DNA of 64,000 nt from Octopus sinensis (lineage: Eukaryota). The stretch lies in contig NC_042998.1 in the NCBI RefSeq assembly GCF_006345805.1, positions 192,262,001-192,326,000 on the forward strand. The letters run 5' to 3'. The position numbers and the translations under genes were made by a program. Under the pieces are notes generated by a model, which had not been told where the DNA came from, did no database searches, and worked only from the letters and a program-made list of their open reading frames with translations. Positions 38,905-51,559 of the stretch are shown here, one piece after another (within the stretch, counting starts at the first letter, position 1; the number at the start of each line of letters is the position of its first letter).

Positions 38905-38957
<53 letters not shown>

Positions 38958-38995
38958 TATATTATTATTATTATTATTATTATATTATTATTATT
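38870..38995. repeat. (TTA)n microsatellite at 3' end of adjacent LINE
   Basis: Direct inspection. Confidence 0.95.
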
Positions 38996-39968
38996 CAGTA
39001 GTTTTATTTTTATAGCGTGCTTTCACTTCACTACCGAGCGCAGCTCTGTGTGCCTTGGGTATGTGCTGTGATTTGTTGTGATGCTCTGATGGTTATTGTA
39101 TGGGAAGTGTTCTGCGTAGGATGTGTGCAGTGCCTAGTAGTGCAATTTTCTGTATGTTATAGGTGTTTGTAAGTCCTGGTGTTTTTGTTATGTATTTGTC
39201 TGATTATTTTTTATCATGCCTAATGCACCTACTATGATAGGAATTGTTTCTGTTTTTAGATTCCACATTCTGGTTACCTCTATTTCCAGGTCTTTGTATT
39301 TTGAGAGTTTCTCCATTTCTTTTAGAGACACGTTGTCATCAGCCGGTATTGATACATCAATGAGAAAGCATTTTTTTTCTTCATGATCTTTGACAACTAT
39401 ATCTGGTCTGTTGGCCTTAATTTCTCTATCTGTGTGTATCGGCATCTCCCAGAGTATGGTTGCTTTCTCGTTTTCCGTGACCTTTTCTGGTGTGTGTCTA
39501 TACCATCTTTTTTCTGTTGTTATTCCATAATGTTGGCATAGCTTCCAATGTATGTAGGTTCCAACTCTGTCATGTCTGTGAATATATTCCTTCTTAGCCA
39601 GGACTGGGCAGCTAGAGATAATATGATTTATTGTTTCTTGTCCATCTCCACATATTCTGCAGTTACTTGTTATATTTCTTTTCATTGCATGTTTTTGGTA
39701 ATTTCTGGTGGGGAGGCTTTGGTCTTGTGCTGCAATTAAAAATCCCTCTGTTTCTGCTTTGAGTCCTGAGCTTCTCAACCATTGCTGGGATTTTTCTTTG
39801 TCTGTTTCTTTTGCGTTTAGTTTAGTCCAGTATTTACCATGAAGGGACTTTTCTTGCCATCGTTTTATCATGGTTCGTTGCTGTTCTATTTTTAGTTTGG
39901 ATTTCATTTGTTTTATAGCTTTTGTTGTTTCTTTATCTTCTTCTTCTTCTTCTTCTTCTTCTTCTTCT

Positions 39969-40015
<47 letters not shown>

Positions 40016-40392
40016 TTCTTCTTCTTCTTCTTCTTCTTCATATTTATTAGGTGGTATGATTTCTTGTTTGTATTTGTCAGCTTCCTTAAATACTGAGAAC
40101 AGTTTTTTGTTTTGCTCGTGTTTTGCCGCTATCTGGATCAGTTTTCCTTCCTTCTGAAGTAGATATTTTTGCAGTCCTATGGTGGTTATTTTATAGTAGT
40201 TTTCCAGCTGTATAAGGCCTCTACTACCTTCTATACGTTGTATATATAGTCTTTCTATGTCAGATTTTGGGTGATGCATCCTAAATCCTGTCATTATTTT
40301 TCTTGTTTTCCTATCTATTTTGGTCAGTTCATTTAGTGTCCAGTTAAGGATATTGTAGCTGTAACTTATAACTGGGACAGCTAAAGTGAACC
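38996..40392 (-). mobile_element. 5'-truncated REL-type (R4/Dong-like) LINE, 3' 1.4 kb
   Basis: ORF 39188-40294 with CCHC knuckle CRICGDGQETINHIISSC and REL motifs RPDIVVKD...LIDVSIP...KLSKYKDL; frameshifted tail QKIALLGTAHILRR; short 3' UTR ending in (AAT)n. Confidence 0.92.
39188..40294 (-). pseudogene. LINE ORF C-terminus (zinc knuckle plus restriction-like endonuclease) with 34-residue poly-Glu
   Basis: ORF-track translation; (TTC)n at 39938-40039 is in frame. Confidence 0.9.
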
Positions 40393-40665
40393 CTTAGCAC
40401 CGATGACAATCGGGATAACCTTTGCCACATCTTAGCCATCTCAATTCTCAAGTCTCCATATTTATCAACCTTTTTTGCTTTGTTTCATAATGATATGTTA
40501 CTCTCCTGGCACTGCTACGTCAATTATTAGGCATGCTTGCTTGTCCCTCCTAAAGGTTACTATATCCGGCCTTCGGTGCTCTAACACCTTGTTTGTCTGA
40601 AAGTCGAAGTCGCAGAGGATTTCTGCCTTCCCCTTTTCGTCCACTTTATCAAAGGTTTTGCCAAA
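40393..40665 (-). mobile_element. Second, more decayed REL endonuclease fragment
   Basis: GKAEILCDFDFQTNKVLEHRRPDIVTF...LIIDVAVPGE*...KVDKYGDLRIEMAKMW...VIPIVIGA. Confidence 0.8.
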
Positions 40666-40696
40666 GTGGCATACAACATTAACTATATAGCACATT

Positions 40697-40697
40697 A

Positions 40698-40758
<61 letters not shown>
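40697..40758. repeat. (TAG)n microsatellite
   Basis: Direct inspection. Confidence 0.95.
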
Positions 40759-40759
<1 letters not shown>

Positions 40760-41258
40760 TATGTTTGACTTTTGCTTTGTATTTGTACAAGTTCACCCCA
40801 AGTTTCACCCAGAGACCTCAAGAGACAATAAGTTAGAAGTTCATGTTGGTATGAAGACTAGGTTACCATATATTTGGTTTTGCACAGAGTATTGTTCCAG
40901 AGAGTACCTGTCAAAACATAAGAAAATTTAAAAGTAGTTTGATGGTAAAATGATAGTGTGATCTTAATATTACACTAAGAGATATTTATCATTTTGTACA
41001 TTTAAAAGTACTTTTGATAATGTATACAAATCAAAATGTTTTTCGAACCACATAAACAATATTTTTCATGGAATATGAGTAGTTTCCATGAGCACTATTT
41101 TTTTAATTTCATCCATTTTTTGATTTTCTGGCATCTGAAATAGGGAACAATCAGCCCCTTTTACTATCATTCCTAGAGCGCCTATCACAACAGATATTGT
41201 TCTAGTCTTCAGGTGCATCATTTTTACAATTTCTATTACTATATCTTTATATTTGCTA
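40760..41258 (-). mobile_element. 3' end of a further REL-type LINE
   Basis: KYKDIVIEIVKMMHLKTRTISVVIGALGMIVKG...EIKKIVLMETTHI, then putative 3' UTR to the (CTA)n run. Confidence 0.75.
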
Positions 41259-41260
41259 GG

Positions 41261-41755
41261 AGACGAGCTGGCAGAAACGTTAGCACGCCGGGCGAAATGC
41301 TCAGTGATATTTGGTCTGTCTTTACGTTCTGAGTTCAAATTTCGCCGTAGTCTACTTTGACTTTCATCCTTTCAGGGTCGATAAAATAAGTACCAGTTAC
41401 GCACTGGGGTCGATATAATCGACTTAATCCCTTTGTCTGTCCTTGTTTGTCCCCTCTATGTTTAGCCCCTTGTGGTTAATAAAGAAACAGATATTTCGTC
41501 TGTCTTTCCAGTTTAATTATTTTCTATTATTATTATTATTATTATTAATATAATTATTATTATTATTATATTATTATTATTATTATTATCATCATCATCG
41601 TCATCATCATCATCATCATCATCATCTAAGCTCAAATTCCGCCGAGGTCAACTTTGCTTTTCATCCTTTCAGGGTCGATAAATTAAGTACCAGTTGCGTA
41701 CTGCAGTCGATCTAATCGACTGGTCCCCCACTCCAAAAAAATTTCGGGCCTAGAA
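41261..41755 (+). mobile_element. SINE family A copy (41261-41500) and partial variant (41628-41755) split by (TTA)n/(TCA)n
   Basis: Family A motifs in both parts. Confidence 0.8.
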
Positions 41756-42756
41756 AAGAAAATCTCTATATATTTGCTCAGTTTTTGGTAGGTCTTTCTT
41801 GATAGATATATTTGTTGTCTAAAAACAAATTTGATAAATTCCTGAAGTTTATTTGGTTGGTATTTTTCATTTGTGCGCACGGATAGAAAATGCGGTTCAA
41901 TAGCTGAATTTTAAAGCAATTTTAACAGTGTGATCGACAGTGACACCTCGAGAGCTATCTCACTTGATAAAAAGCAAAATGTCCTTTCCACGCAGGTTAT
42001 CAGGAAAGAACGTCGTCTCAGCATTAGCTAATGTAACTCTACTCAACTGTAAATAGACTATGTTGCTTACAGCTAGGTGGGCTGGATTACTGATTGCTAC
42101 GATACCTTGTCATGGTTACAAAAACGTACAGACACTGGAATGCAGACGATTAACCATTTGATCATCAATATATGTATTCTTTGAAGTTATTTTATCACTT
42201 CAAAGAAGAGAGAGAGAGAAGAGAGAAGAGAAATAGAGATAGCACATGCCGAAGGCTTCCATAGAATGTTACATTCAAATGAAAATTAAGATGAAGAATA
42301 CGCCTACACATTTACTGGCATTTATATATTATAAATCTTCACAATTCATAACATTTTAACAAAATAAATTTTGTATGTTTTTCCTCGAATGTGAAAATGA
42401 AATATGTCATCCATATATAGACGTGCATACGTACATAAATATTTACATACAAATATGATATCCACACAGATATACACATGCGCATATACTGACCCACACG
42501 TTGGCTCAAACAGATATACATACATTCACCGATGCACAAACCTACACACACACACAGACACACACACAGACACTTATGTGCACGTATACATCTGAAAGGA
42601 ATAAAGCACTCCGTCACCACTCACATTGTTTCTTTTTTGTGGTCATTTACTCTTCACGACAAGCTTGTAAAGAATTACACACAAGGAAAAGATCCAATAA
42701 AAAATATAATAGATTGCTTGTGTTGAAGATCCGTTCCCTTGTGATTCCAAACGTGT

Positions 42757-42774
42757 GTATATACATATATATAC

Positions 42775-42858
<84 letters not shown>
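42757..42858. repeat. (AT)n microsatellite
   Basis: Direct inspection. Confidence 0.95.
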
Positions 42859-42860
<2 letters not shown>

Positions 42861-42889
42861 TAAACAAATGGAAGTAAATAACTATATAC

Positions 42890-43335
42890 GTTAACAAAAT
42901 TTTATTAAATTAAATACAAAACTAAAGAAAGAAAGAATAAAAAAATAAGTAGGTATAAACGCATGAACAAAATAAATAAATGCAAATTAAACGAACATAT
43001 ATAAATAGAGAATACAGATAATACTGGCACTCCCCCACACACACATGCACTTACTAAACATAGATTCACATAGGGGTATACGCATGCGCAAATAAAGAAT
43101 AAAGACACATACAATAGGAATACAAAATACAAAATGGCTGATCGTTTGTAAGGAAAGACACACAAATAAGAAAGAAGAAATCAAAGGACCACTGATGTGG
43201 TCATAGAAGTGTGACGAAAGAACTCTGGCCGAAATACGATTAATGTAAAAAATAAAATAAAGCTGAAGCAAATTAACACCAAATATATAGTGCGTGTGTT
43301 TTTATTGGCTAAACTGGCAATATGACCATTCTTAA
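42890..43335 (+). mobile_element. Putative PLE pseudo-LTR repeat (family H2), second copy
   Basis: Reverse-complement match to 23315-23650. Confidence 0.65.
43186..43230 (+). ncRNA. Hammerhead-like motif, non-A at position 9
   Basis: GGACCA-CTGATGT-G-GTCATA-GAAG-TGTGAC-GAAA-GAAC-T-C-TGGCC. Confidence 0.55.
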
Positions 43336-43559
43336 ATACAAGATATATATATATATGTGTGTGTGTATGTATATATGCATGTATGCATGCATGCATGTAT
43401 ACAAGTATGTATGCATGTATGTATGTTTGCATGTATGTATGCATGCATACATGTATGTATGTATGTATGTATGTATATATGTATGTGCATATTTGTATGT
43501 TATATGTATACATTCTCATGCATGTACCTGCATATCTAGACATGCTCATATATATCTAA

Positions 43560-44560
43560 ATGATAACATTCTGAAAAGTCTCACAGATTTTTAAAGTTCC
43601 AGTGATGGATTGGATCTATAGTCTTCGAATTAGCTTTTTCCTTTCTGATTTTCAGAGGCTTAATTTCTCAAGGTTGGTATTTTAGCAATGTGTTACATAT
43701 CCCGGGGTCTCAATAGTTACAGGTATAAACTTGAACTTGTAATCTGGATAGTTTAACTGAAGATCTCTGAATAGTTCAGCATAGATGTTCTCTTTTTCAC
43801 TGATCTTCAGCTTTATGTTAACATCTGCTGGGCAGCTGGTCTCCACAACTGCGCACAGTTTCCCATCTCTATCCTAAATCATTATATCAGGTATGTTGTG
43901 CTTACATTTTATTGAGGTTTTCACTGTTGCATTCCACCAGTATTCCTTTTTATTGAGTGGCTAAGGCTTCTACCATATTGTGGGTTCTTATTTCTTTGTC
44001 CTCGGGATTATCCATCCACCCTGATTACATTATAAAATGTCCTAGATACAACGTAATGTCTCGTCGGTAGATAATATCGTGATGACATTTTCGGACAACT
44101 GCTTATGATGTGGATGATATCTTCAGTGTAAACTCCACAAAGTCTGCACCGGTTGTCGCATTTTATGGCTTTTCCTGAATCTCTATCTCTTTTGTGCATC
44201 AGGTACTTGGTTGATATTTCCTGTTCCTGGATTGCAAACCCATGCCCTTCAAAGTGGAAGATAGTAAATCTGGCTATTGGTCCGTGATAAACTGCTTTGA
44301 TGATCGATGTTACTATCATCATGGAGCTTTCTACTAACATATCAATGTATAGTCTTCTGCTCATATAGGCTCATCCTATCCTCTGATGATACGTTGTGGT
44401 ATGTTTGCAAATTTTGGGGGCATATATTCTAGGTTACAAGATAAAGAGTGTTGCTCAAGGAGCTGCCTTCCAAGTTTTATGATGTTACCAGCCTCATGTA
44501 AGCAAATTTGGTCAAGGGATGCACTTCGACGCTTGTATGTATGTTTGTATGTATGTATAG
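43560..44560 (-). mobile_element. Degenerate REL-type LINE 3' portion (second REL family)
   Basis: CRLCGVYTEDIIHIISSCPKMSSRYYLP knuckle; HNIPDIMI, SCPADVNIKLKISEKENIYAEL, YKFKFIPV. Confidence 0.85.
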
Positions 44561-44589
44561 TTTTATGGGTCACCTGGAATTACATGGTG

Positions 44590-44985
44590 CTTTATTAGAA
44601 GAAAGTTGATAGACCACCTGTAGATTTATATAAGGAGATTCTAACAAAGGACATTTTATCAGTCAGTTGCATACTTTTATAGGCAAATTATTAGAAGACA
44701 ATTTGTATGACAACTGTAGAATCATAGGAGAACTTTCAAGAGAAAATTTATAGCTTAATCTGCAATTTTATACGCAATTTATCAAGAGAAAATTTATCGA
44801 CCAACTACAGATTTACATAATTTATACCTTTTATTATAACGATGTGCAGGTGACCAATAATTTTATACTAAAACTATTAAAAGACAAATTATAGGCCAAT
44901 CTATAACTTTACTGGCAATATATCTTGAGTTACACTATAGGCCAACTATCGCTTAATAGAGCAACTATTAGAACGTAATTAATAA
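44590..44985. repeat. Highly degenerate minisatellite, ~46-48 bp period
   Basis: TATTAGAAGA.AA.TT.TAG.CCAACT.TAGA-like motifs at about 44593, 44689, 44737, 44783, 44875. Confidence 0.45.
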
Positions 44986-46369
44986 GACTGGAAACACGTC
45001 AAGAAACAATTTGCAAACATAATTGTAATCTATATGAAGATTCCTCTACCATACCCAACGTTGGTTGTGCCAACAGTAAGTAGCCCTTTGTTAAAATCAA
45101 CATCATATTGACAATACCGAGTAACACCGAATCTGTTTACATTACTGTTGAAAGAGGAAGTAAAACCTAGACCCTTCCATATATACAACATATAATCTTT
45201 CCCATGAACTTACTTCAAGCTATATATTAAGCAGAGATGATTTTTTTTAAAGCAATCTAAAGATAGATTAATTTGTTTACCAAGTTTTTTTTCTTTCCAT
45301 ACCTATACAAGAGATTAACATCTCACTGGCAGTTTGAAAGTTTATAATAAAATAAGAGATTATCAAATAGCTCGGGAGAACTTCTTGAACGAAATATAAT
45401 TAGAAATCCCAGTGTTTTTGTTTTATAGCTTTTTGGAAGATTGAGAATTTATGAGAAAAGGATGATGAGTTTTTCTTCTGTTTTGTTTAGTACTTTTTTT
45501 ATTCATTAAACGCTGATTTATAGTATAGCTTCCGGTAAAACATTAAAGATTTGAGAGTTGAATACTGTGTCTATATGTGTGTTATTTTTCTCCACTCCTA
45601 CAGTGACAATTATTTCTAAAAGATGTATCGTTTCATCTTAATTGTAAATAGTTTCCTGAATCCGATCACCGTTCAGTAGTTGAGTGCATCTTTCTTCATG
45701 TTTAAAAAATTGACGGACTACGTTGCTGACAAGATGCAATTAAAGTAAAATTTCACAATATATCATAAACTCGGAGAGAAAATACTTCATAAAATATATT
45801 TGTTCAGAGTGATGTTCCTCCCACCAAGTATTTTACAATAGATGTCGACTGTTACCGATGTAGTCTAATAAACCATTAACTATGCTGTGTGTGAGAGATT
45901 GTGTTTCTTTGTGAGTGTTATAATATATATACTCAAAGTCTATAAGCATCATACACTCGGAGAACATACCATTATATGAACATTTACTAAGATTTTGGAA
46001 AATATCTGTACCGATACGTGCACATAGTTCTAAGATATATCTCAATGATATTCTAGAATGCATCATCTGCGATGTTTCTTATGTCTTGAGGGATTTTCCG
46101 GTCTTTCAATATCAGACCCATGTGCAGTTGATCCAGAGGGGATTGGCCAAATCTCAACTAGCATCTCTTGTAACAAGAAACCACTTGTTTTCTCTCTCTC
46201 TCTCTATCCGAAGCCATCTTGTGAGTTTCTCTGCTGCTAAGATGATGCAATGTGTGGGTCTCCACTTTGCTCCACTTTGCACATGCACATATACACAGAT
46301 ATGCATCATATATAAACATACCTTATATATACATTTACTATGTTTATGTAACTCTATACATGTCCGCTT

Positions 46370-46396
46370 TTGTATCTGTGTGTGTGTGTGTGTGTC

Positions 46397-46427
<31 letters not shown>

Positions 46428-46495
46428 CTGTGTCTGTGTATTTGTGTGTCTGTGTCTGTGTCTGTGTGTGTGTGCCTGTGTCTGTGTGTGTGTTG
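46370..46495. repeat. (GT)n/(GTGTCT)n microsatellite
   Basis: Direct inspection. Confidence 0.9.
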
Positions 46496-47469
46496 TATAA
46501 TTGTGTATCTTATACAATAATACAATCACACACTCCTCAGAGACTTCTTGCCCGCAACAGGAATACACGTAAGTACATAATCGGAAACATTCAGTAAAAA
46601 GTATGCGCCGATGATTCACACTACGCTACCGGACACACGCTGTTTAAGAATATTACATTTATACAGCTATAAGAAACGATTGCAGAAATCCAGATTTTTC
46701 TATGGTGGGGCTCGCTCGTCATATTCTTTTCATCATTTCTCTCTTCCTTCTTTATCCTTCTGTCCTTTTGTTATAACAGCTTTCAGTGTAGACTTCATCA
46801 ATCATTTATTTATTCATTCATTTGTTCTGAAGTTTCCGAAGTAATTTCAATGCAAGTCAGAACAACTGTCAAAGGAGTTAAAACAGATTTATTCACAAAT
46901 TTTCTCTGCTTGGCTATAATTTGTGGTTTAAGGTTAACAAATAGAGGAGAAGATTTCCCCCAGAATGCCCAAAGCAAAAATAGAACGGCTAGTTATTAGA
47001 GGCTCGTGTACATTGTTCTTTTGAGAAGCAGACTGTGGGCGTCAATACATGTCGACAAATACTCAAACATTTTTTTTTAAATCTTAGAAGCCATCAGTAA
47101 TATGAATTAACGATATTGTATAAACGTAACATTATATAGATTTATTCTATATTCATTATATCAAGTGTTCCTCACTTTCACGTATGAAATAATGTATATG
47201 AGTGTATGAGTGTGTGTGTGTGTGTGATACAGGTAGCTTATCTTATATTATGTCTATGCCATGGGAGGTAAACAAATGTAAATACATCTTGTTGTTCTTC
47301 TTGCACACACAAATACAGGATTATTCTTATTTTTCTCTGTGAGAACAATACAATAAGAGGCATTATATATGTTTATTTTCCCTAACGGAAGATGCTATGA
47401 AATGTAAGCTAACTGCATTAAATTTACGTCAGATTTTCTAATACTTGGTGCTTGAGCATATATGTATAT

Positions 47470-47513
<44 letters not shown>

Positions 47514-47683
47514 TGTGTGTGTGTGTGTGTGTTTTATTGAAGACACACCTGTTTTTGGATTCAAAATCTTTTGTTAAAAATTTTTCATATTTTCTTATTG
47601 TTCAACAGCGTTCCTAAGTACATTAAAGTTTCACGACGTTCTCAAATTCACCATTGGAATGAAATGAGCGTAATAATTGTAAA

Positions 47684-48072
47684 CTAGCAGTATCGCCCGG
47701 CGTTGCTCGGGTTTTTTTCGACTCTTTAGAATTGGAATTTTTGAAAAGTGAAAATTTTGCATTATGTAGCTTGTTATTCTCTTTAAGTGAACATTTTTCT
47801 GATTGAAATACACCGAAAAATGGCGACACAGCAGTCAAAAAATCGTTAAAAAATAGGGATTTTCATAGAAAAAAAGCACCTTTTTGATTTAAATAATTTT
47901 TGGTGTTAACATGGTCCGATTTGAATTTTTCTTCTACGGAAGGAAGAGCAAGCCTTCTATCATACTCTCAATTTTGGTCAACTTGCGTCGCAGGGTCTCG
48001 GAGGAGATAGTGTTAGTTGAAGGCTAGCAAACCTGCCATGCACAGACAACTTCAGCTTTATATATAGAGAGA
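47684..48072 (-). mobile_element. Non-autonomous Helitron (389 bp), different internal sequence
   Basis: Minus strand A|TCTCTCTATATATAAAG ... CCCGAGCAACGCCGGGCGATACTG-CTAG|T; terminal ~30 bp near-identical to the other two copies. Confidence 0.85.
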
Positions 48073-48426
48073 TTTGAGGTACATTTTACAGTAGGTAACA
48101 GTGGGTAATTTTCAACTGGTGGAAGAGATACAGGTACCATTTCCGAATTTATTGTTTTAACTGTTAAGGGCTGGTAACTTTCATGATTTATTTACATGGA
48201 ATCTAATCTGTGCATCGCTTTTGACTTGTATTTTCCTATTATTAAAAGTTCGCTGTTAAATCTCATTTTCTTACTGGTTTATGCATCGGGTAATAATTCT
48301 ATCACCCAACATTTTCTTATCGAATTTCTTTTTCTTGAACAAGTGGACTGATATCCACTTACCTAGTGTAGGAGTTACGCAAGTATATGTTTTTCTCTGT
48401 CATATGTGTGTGAGTGTTAGTGTGTT

Positions 48427-48497
<71 letters not shown>

Positions 48498-48504
48498 GTG
48501 TGTG

Positions 48505-48690
48505 TATGTTTCTATATCTCACCGAATTTTCTTCTATCTCATTTTCTGTATACTTCTATCTTTCAGATGAAGGACTAACAGTCGAAACGTTATGGTTCTT
48601 TCCGTTCAACTTAAGCATTAAACAAATACAGTATTTTTTAAATCTTATCACTCTTGTTTTTTTTGTCATTTTTCATAATGTCCATAGCAT
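48505..48690 (+). mobile_element. Putative PLE pseudo-LTR remnant with decayed hammerhead-like motif
   Basis: CAGATGA-A-G-GACT-AAC-AGTC-GAAACGT at 48564-48590; follows (GT)n. Confidence 0.4.
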
Positions 48691-48914
48691 TACATGTACA
48701 TATATACATACATGTGTATATATATATATATACATTTAACAATTGAGGGTAAAATTAATTAATTAATCAATTTCACCAAGTATTCAGTATGCAAAGGGAC
48801 CATTTAAGGCGAATTCAAATTATTACATTATATAAAAGGGCTTAGTAAAATAAATTACTTTGCCGCATACTGAACTCATTAGAAATATATATATACATAT
48901 ATATTCAAAATGTC

Positions 48915-49115
48915 ACTGCGTGTGTACCGTTAGTGATTTTTTCCTCCGTCTTCCCTTCCTTGGATCTTTCCTTTTCCTATGTTTCTCAGGAAGAGCTCCG
49001 CCCGAAACGGTAAACCCCCCTTCTTCCTTTCCTTTCCTGAGCGCCCAATAACATTATCCTTGTTCCACGTCCTCGCGTTGTTGTGTTTTCTCTTTGTGTT
49101 TTCATGTTTAGATTA
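48915..49115 (+). mobile_element. Putative PLE pseudo-LTR remnant with decayed hammerhead-like motif
   Basis: GTTT-CTCAGGA-A-GAGC-TCC-GCCC-GAAACGGT-AAAC at 48981-49015. Confidence 0.4.
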
Positions 49116-49119
49116 ACGA

Positions 49120-49257
49120 ACTATACATACATATATAATATATGTATATATATATATATATATATTGATAATCATTATGTATATATGATTATTTATATAT
49201 ATATATATATATATACATATATATACAGACATATTGATAATCATATATGTATATATG

Positions 49258-49310
<53 letters not shown>

Positions 49311-49330
49311 CATATATATATATATATATC

Positions 49331-49396
<66 letters not shown>

Positions 49397-49500
49397 ATAT
49401 AATATATATATATACTATATATATATATATATATTATATATATATATACTATATATATATATATCATATATATATATATATATATCTATATATATATATA

Positions 49501-49535
<35 letters not shown>
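49120..49535. repeat. Large (AT)n microsatellite
   Basis: Direct inspection. Confidence 0.95.
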
Positions 49536-49537
<2 letters not shown>

Positions 49538-50033
49538 TGTCTTTTAGAAGTTATTATTTTCTACACATTCTAAAAGTGTCAATATATTCCTCTTCGAACA
49601 CATTAATTTCTATCGTTCTATTTTTCAACTCATTATTAATCAATGTTTCTACCATAACCTTCATTTAGGTAATTTTCCAGTGAACACAAGCTCTATTTTC
49701 GGTACAGCATAGAAAAATTACTAAATATAAATGTAGTGCAAATTGATTTTCGAACAAAGTTGATAATTGATTTACAGTCATAATAACCTAACCATTATCA
49801 CATCATACTGGATACTATTATATTTGTATTTCAGGGAAAGAAATAAAGAAATAAAATAACTTAATGGAATACAAGGTGTGCTCCCTACAAATAGGGTTTG
49901 CGGCTCGGTTTTAATTTAAATTCTCTAAAGTCCTCTCTCGCTCTTTCCCTGCTTTTGCCTCTCTTACATCTGTTTATGTGTTTGAGACTCTCTCTCTCTC
50001 TCTCTATCTATCTATCTTTCTATCTTTCTCTTT

Positions 50034-50085
<52 letters not shown>

Positions 50086-51559
50086 CACATTTATTACTAT
50101 TTCTCACTTCCATATGCATATATTAGCAGCTTTATTGGTAGCTAACTAAAATTCAACTTTGAATAAGTTTCGCACTCACACACACGCGCGCGCCCGCACA
50201 TGTGTGTGTGTGTTTAGATGAACTATAGCTGTATGCTCAACCACTCTTTATACAGTAGGTTACTGCCAAATGTCAAACCACCTATTCTAACCCGGTTATG
50301 AGATGCTCCGGCTCTAAGGCTATGCTCTCTTACATCAAATAAATATAACAAACAGCAATGATATCCCTAAACGCAACAATAGTCTGTTTCTGTTTATGAA
50401 TTAAACAGTAAAGACACTTGGCTTTGATAACAAAGGCATAACATCTTTAATGATTTATCCATCGGTTTTAACGGAATATGAAACTTCTCGAAAACACATA
50501 AACTGCAATTTCTTGTAGTTTCATTTAGAGTGAGGACTGTCTAGGTATGTCTAAATTACAGAAATATTTTTAATTACAATGTACCTGGCACTGATTTGGA
50601 CAAGCAAAATTACCTATATCACGAAAAGGAAGAATAATATAAGTTGTTTCTACACTTAAAGTTTGGGCAGTGGGATAACTCAGGCTAATCGGCTTAAGTA
50701 GAAAATCAATTGTCGGTTAGTCACTATTATTATTAGTGTTAACTGGAAATAGGCAAAGCTTCTGTGAAGGACGCATGGTGGGAGCTTGCTGGGACTCCCG
50801 TCTTAGAGTCCTAACACACTACTTGTCTGCTTGGCAGCTAAGGAATTAGGTGTAATTTTACTGTGTCCTCAAGAGTTTGTGAGTGAAATACCAATATTAA
50901 GGTAACTAAGACGCCCGGAGTTGGAGCCCTTGTCCACCATCGCCACAAGGCGGTTTAGAGTTTGGAGTTTGGAGTTTGGACTTCACCTAATTGTGGCTGG
51001 AGAGACAAAGAAATTGCTAGCACTTTGTCCTTCGAGTCCTCGAAAGAAAGGAGTAAGTTAATGCCGCTTCAATGGGTGTTCTGTTCTGTACACATGAAGT
51101 TCTGAGAAGAAATTCTCGCATTTGCTTTGCTTGAAAATATATCGTAAACTATTTTATTCTGTCATTTAATTTTAGGAAGAATCTTACACTTTCGAACAGA
51201 GCCGTTCTGCTATAGGAGATGAAATGATTACTGAAAGTGTAGTTATATTGCAGTGTAGTACAAGATTAAGCCATCGTTGAGTGCGTATTTGGATACAAAT
51301 ATTCATCCAGTGACACTGTAACTGCGCAGTTAGTGTAGCAAAAACACGGTGCTTAGCAAGCTTATCGGTAATTAATAAAATGTTTTCAAACAGATTGAAT
51401 AAATTAATTGGGAATATCGATGTATTCTCACTACTAATCGGATCTCCAAAAGATTATTGAGATTATGTGTGATTATTGATATTCATCTGAAAAATTCCTC
51501 TCTAAAGTGCAGGCTTGGAAAAGACTTTTCCATGTGCAGATTCACTTTATAGAATACTA

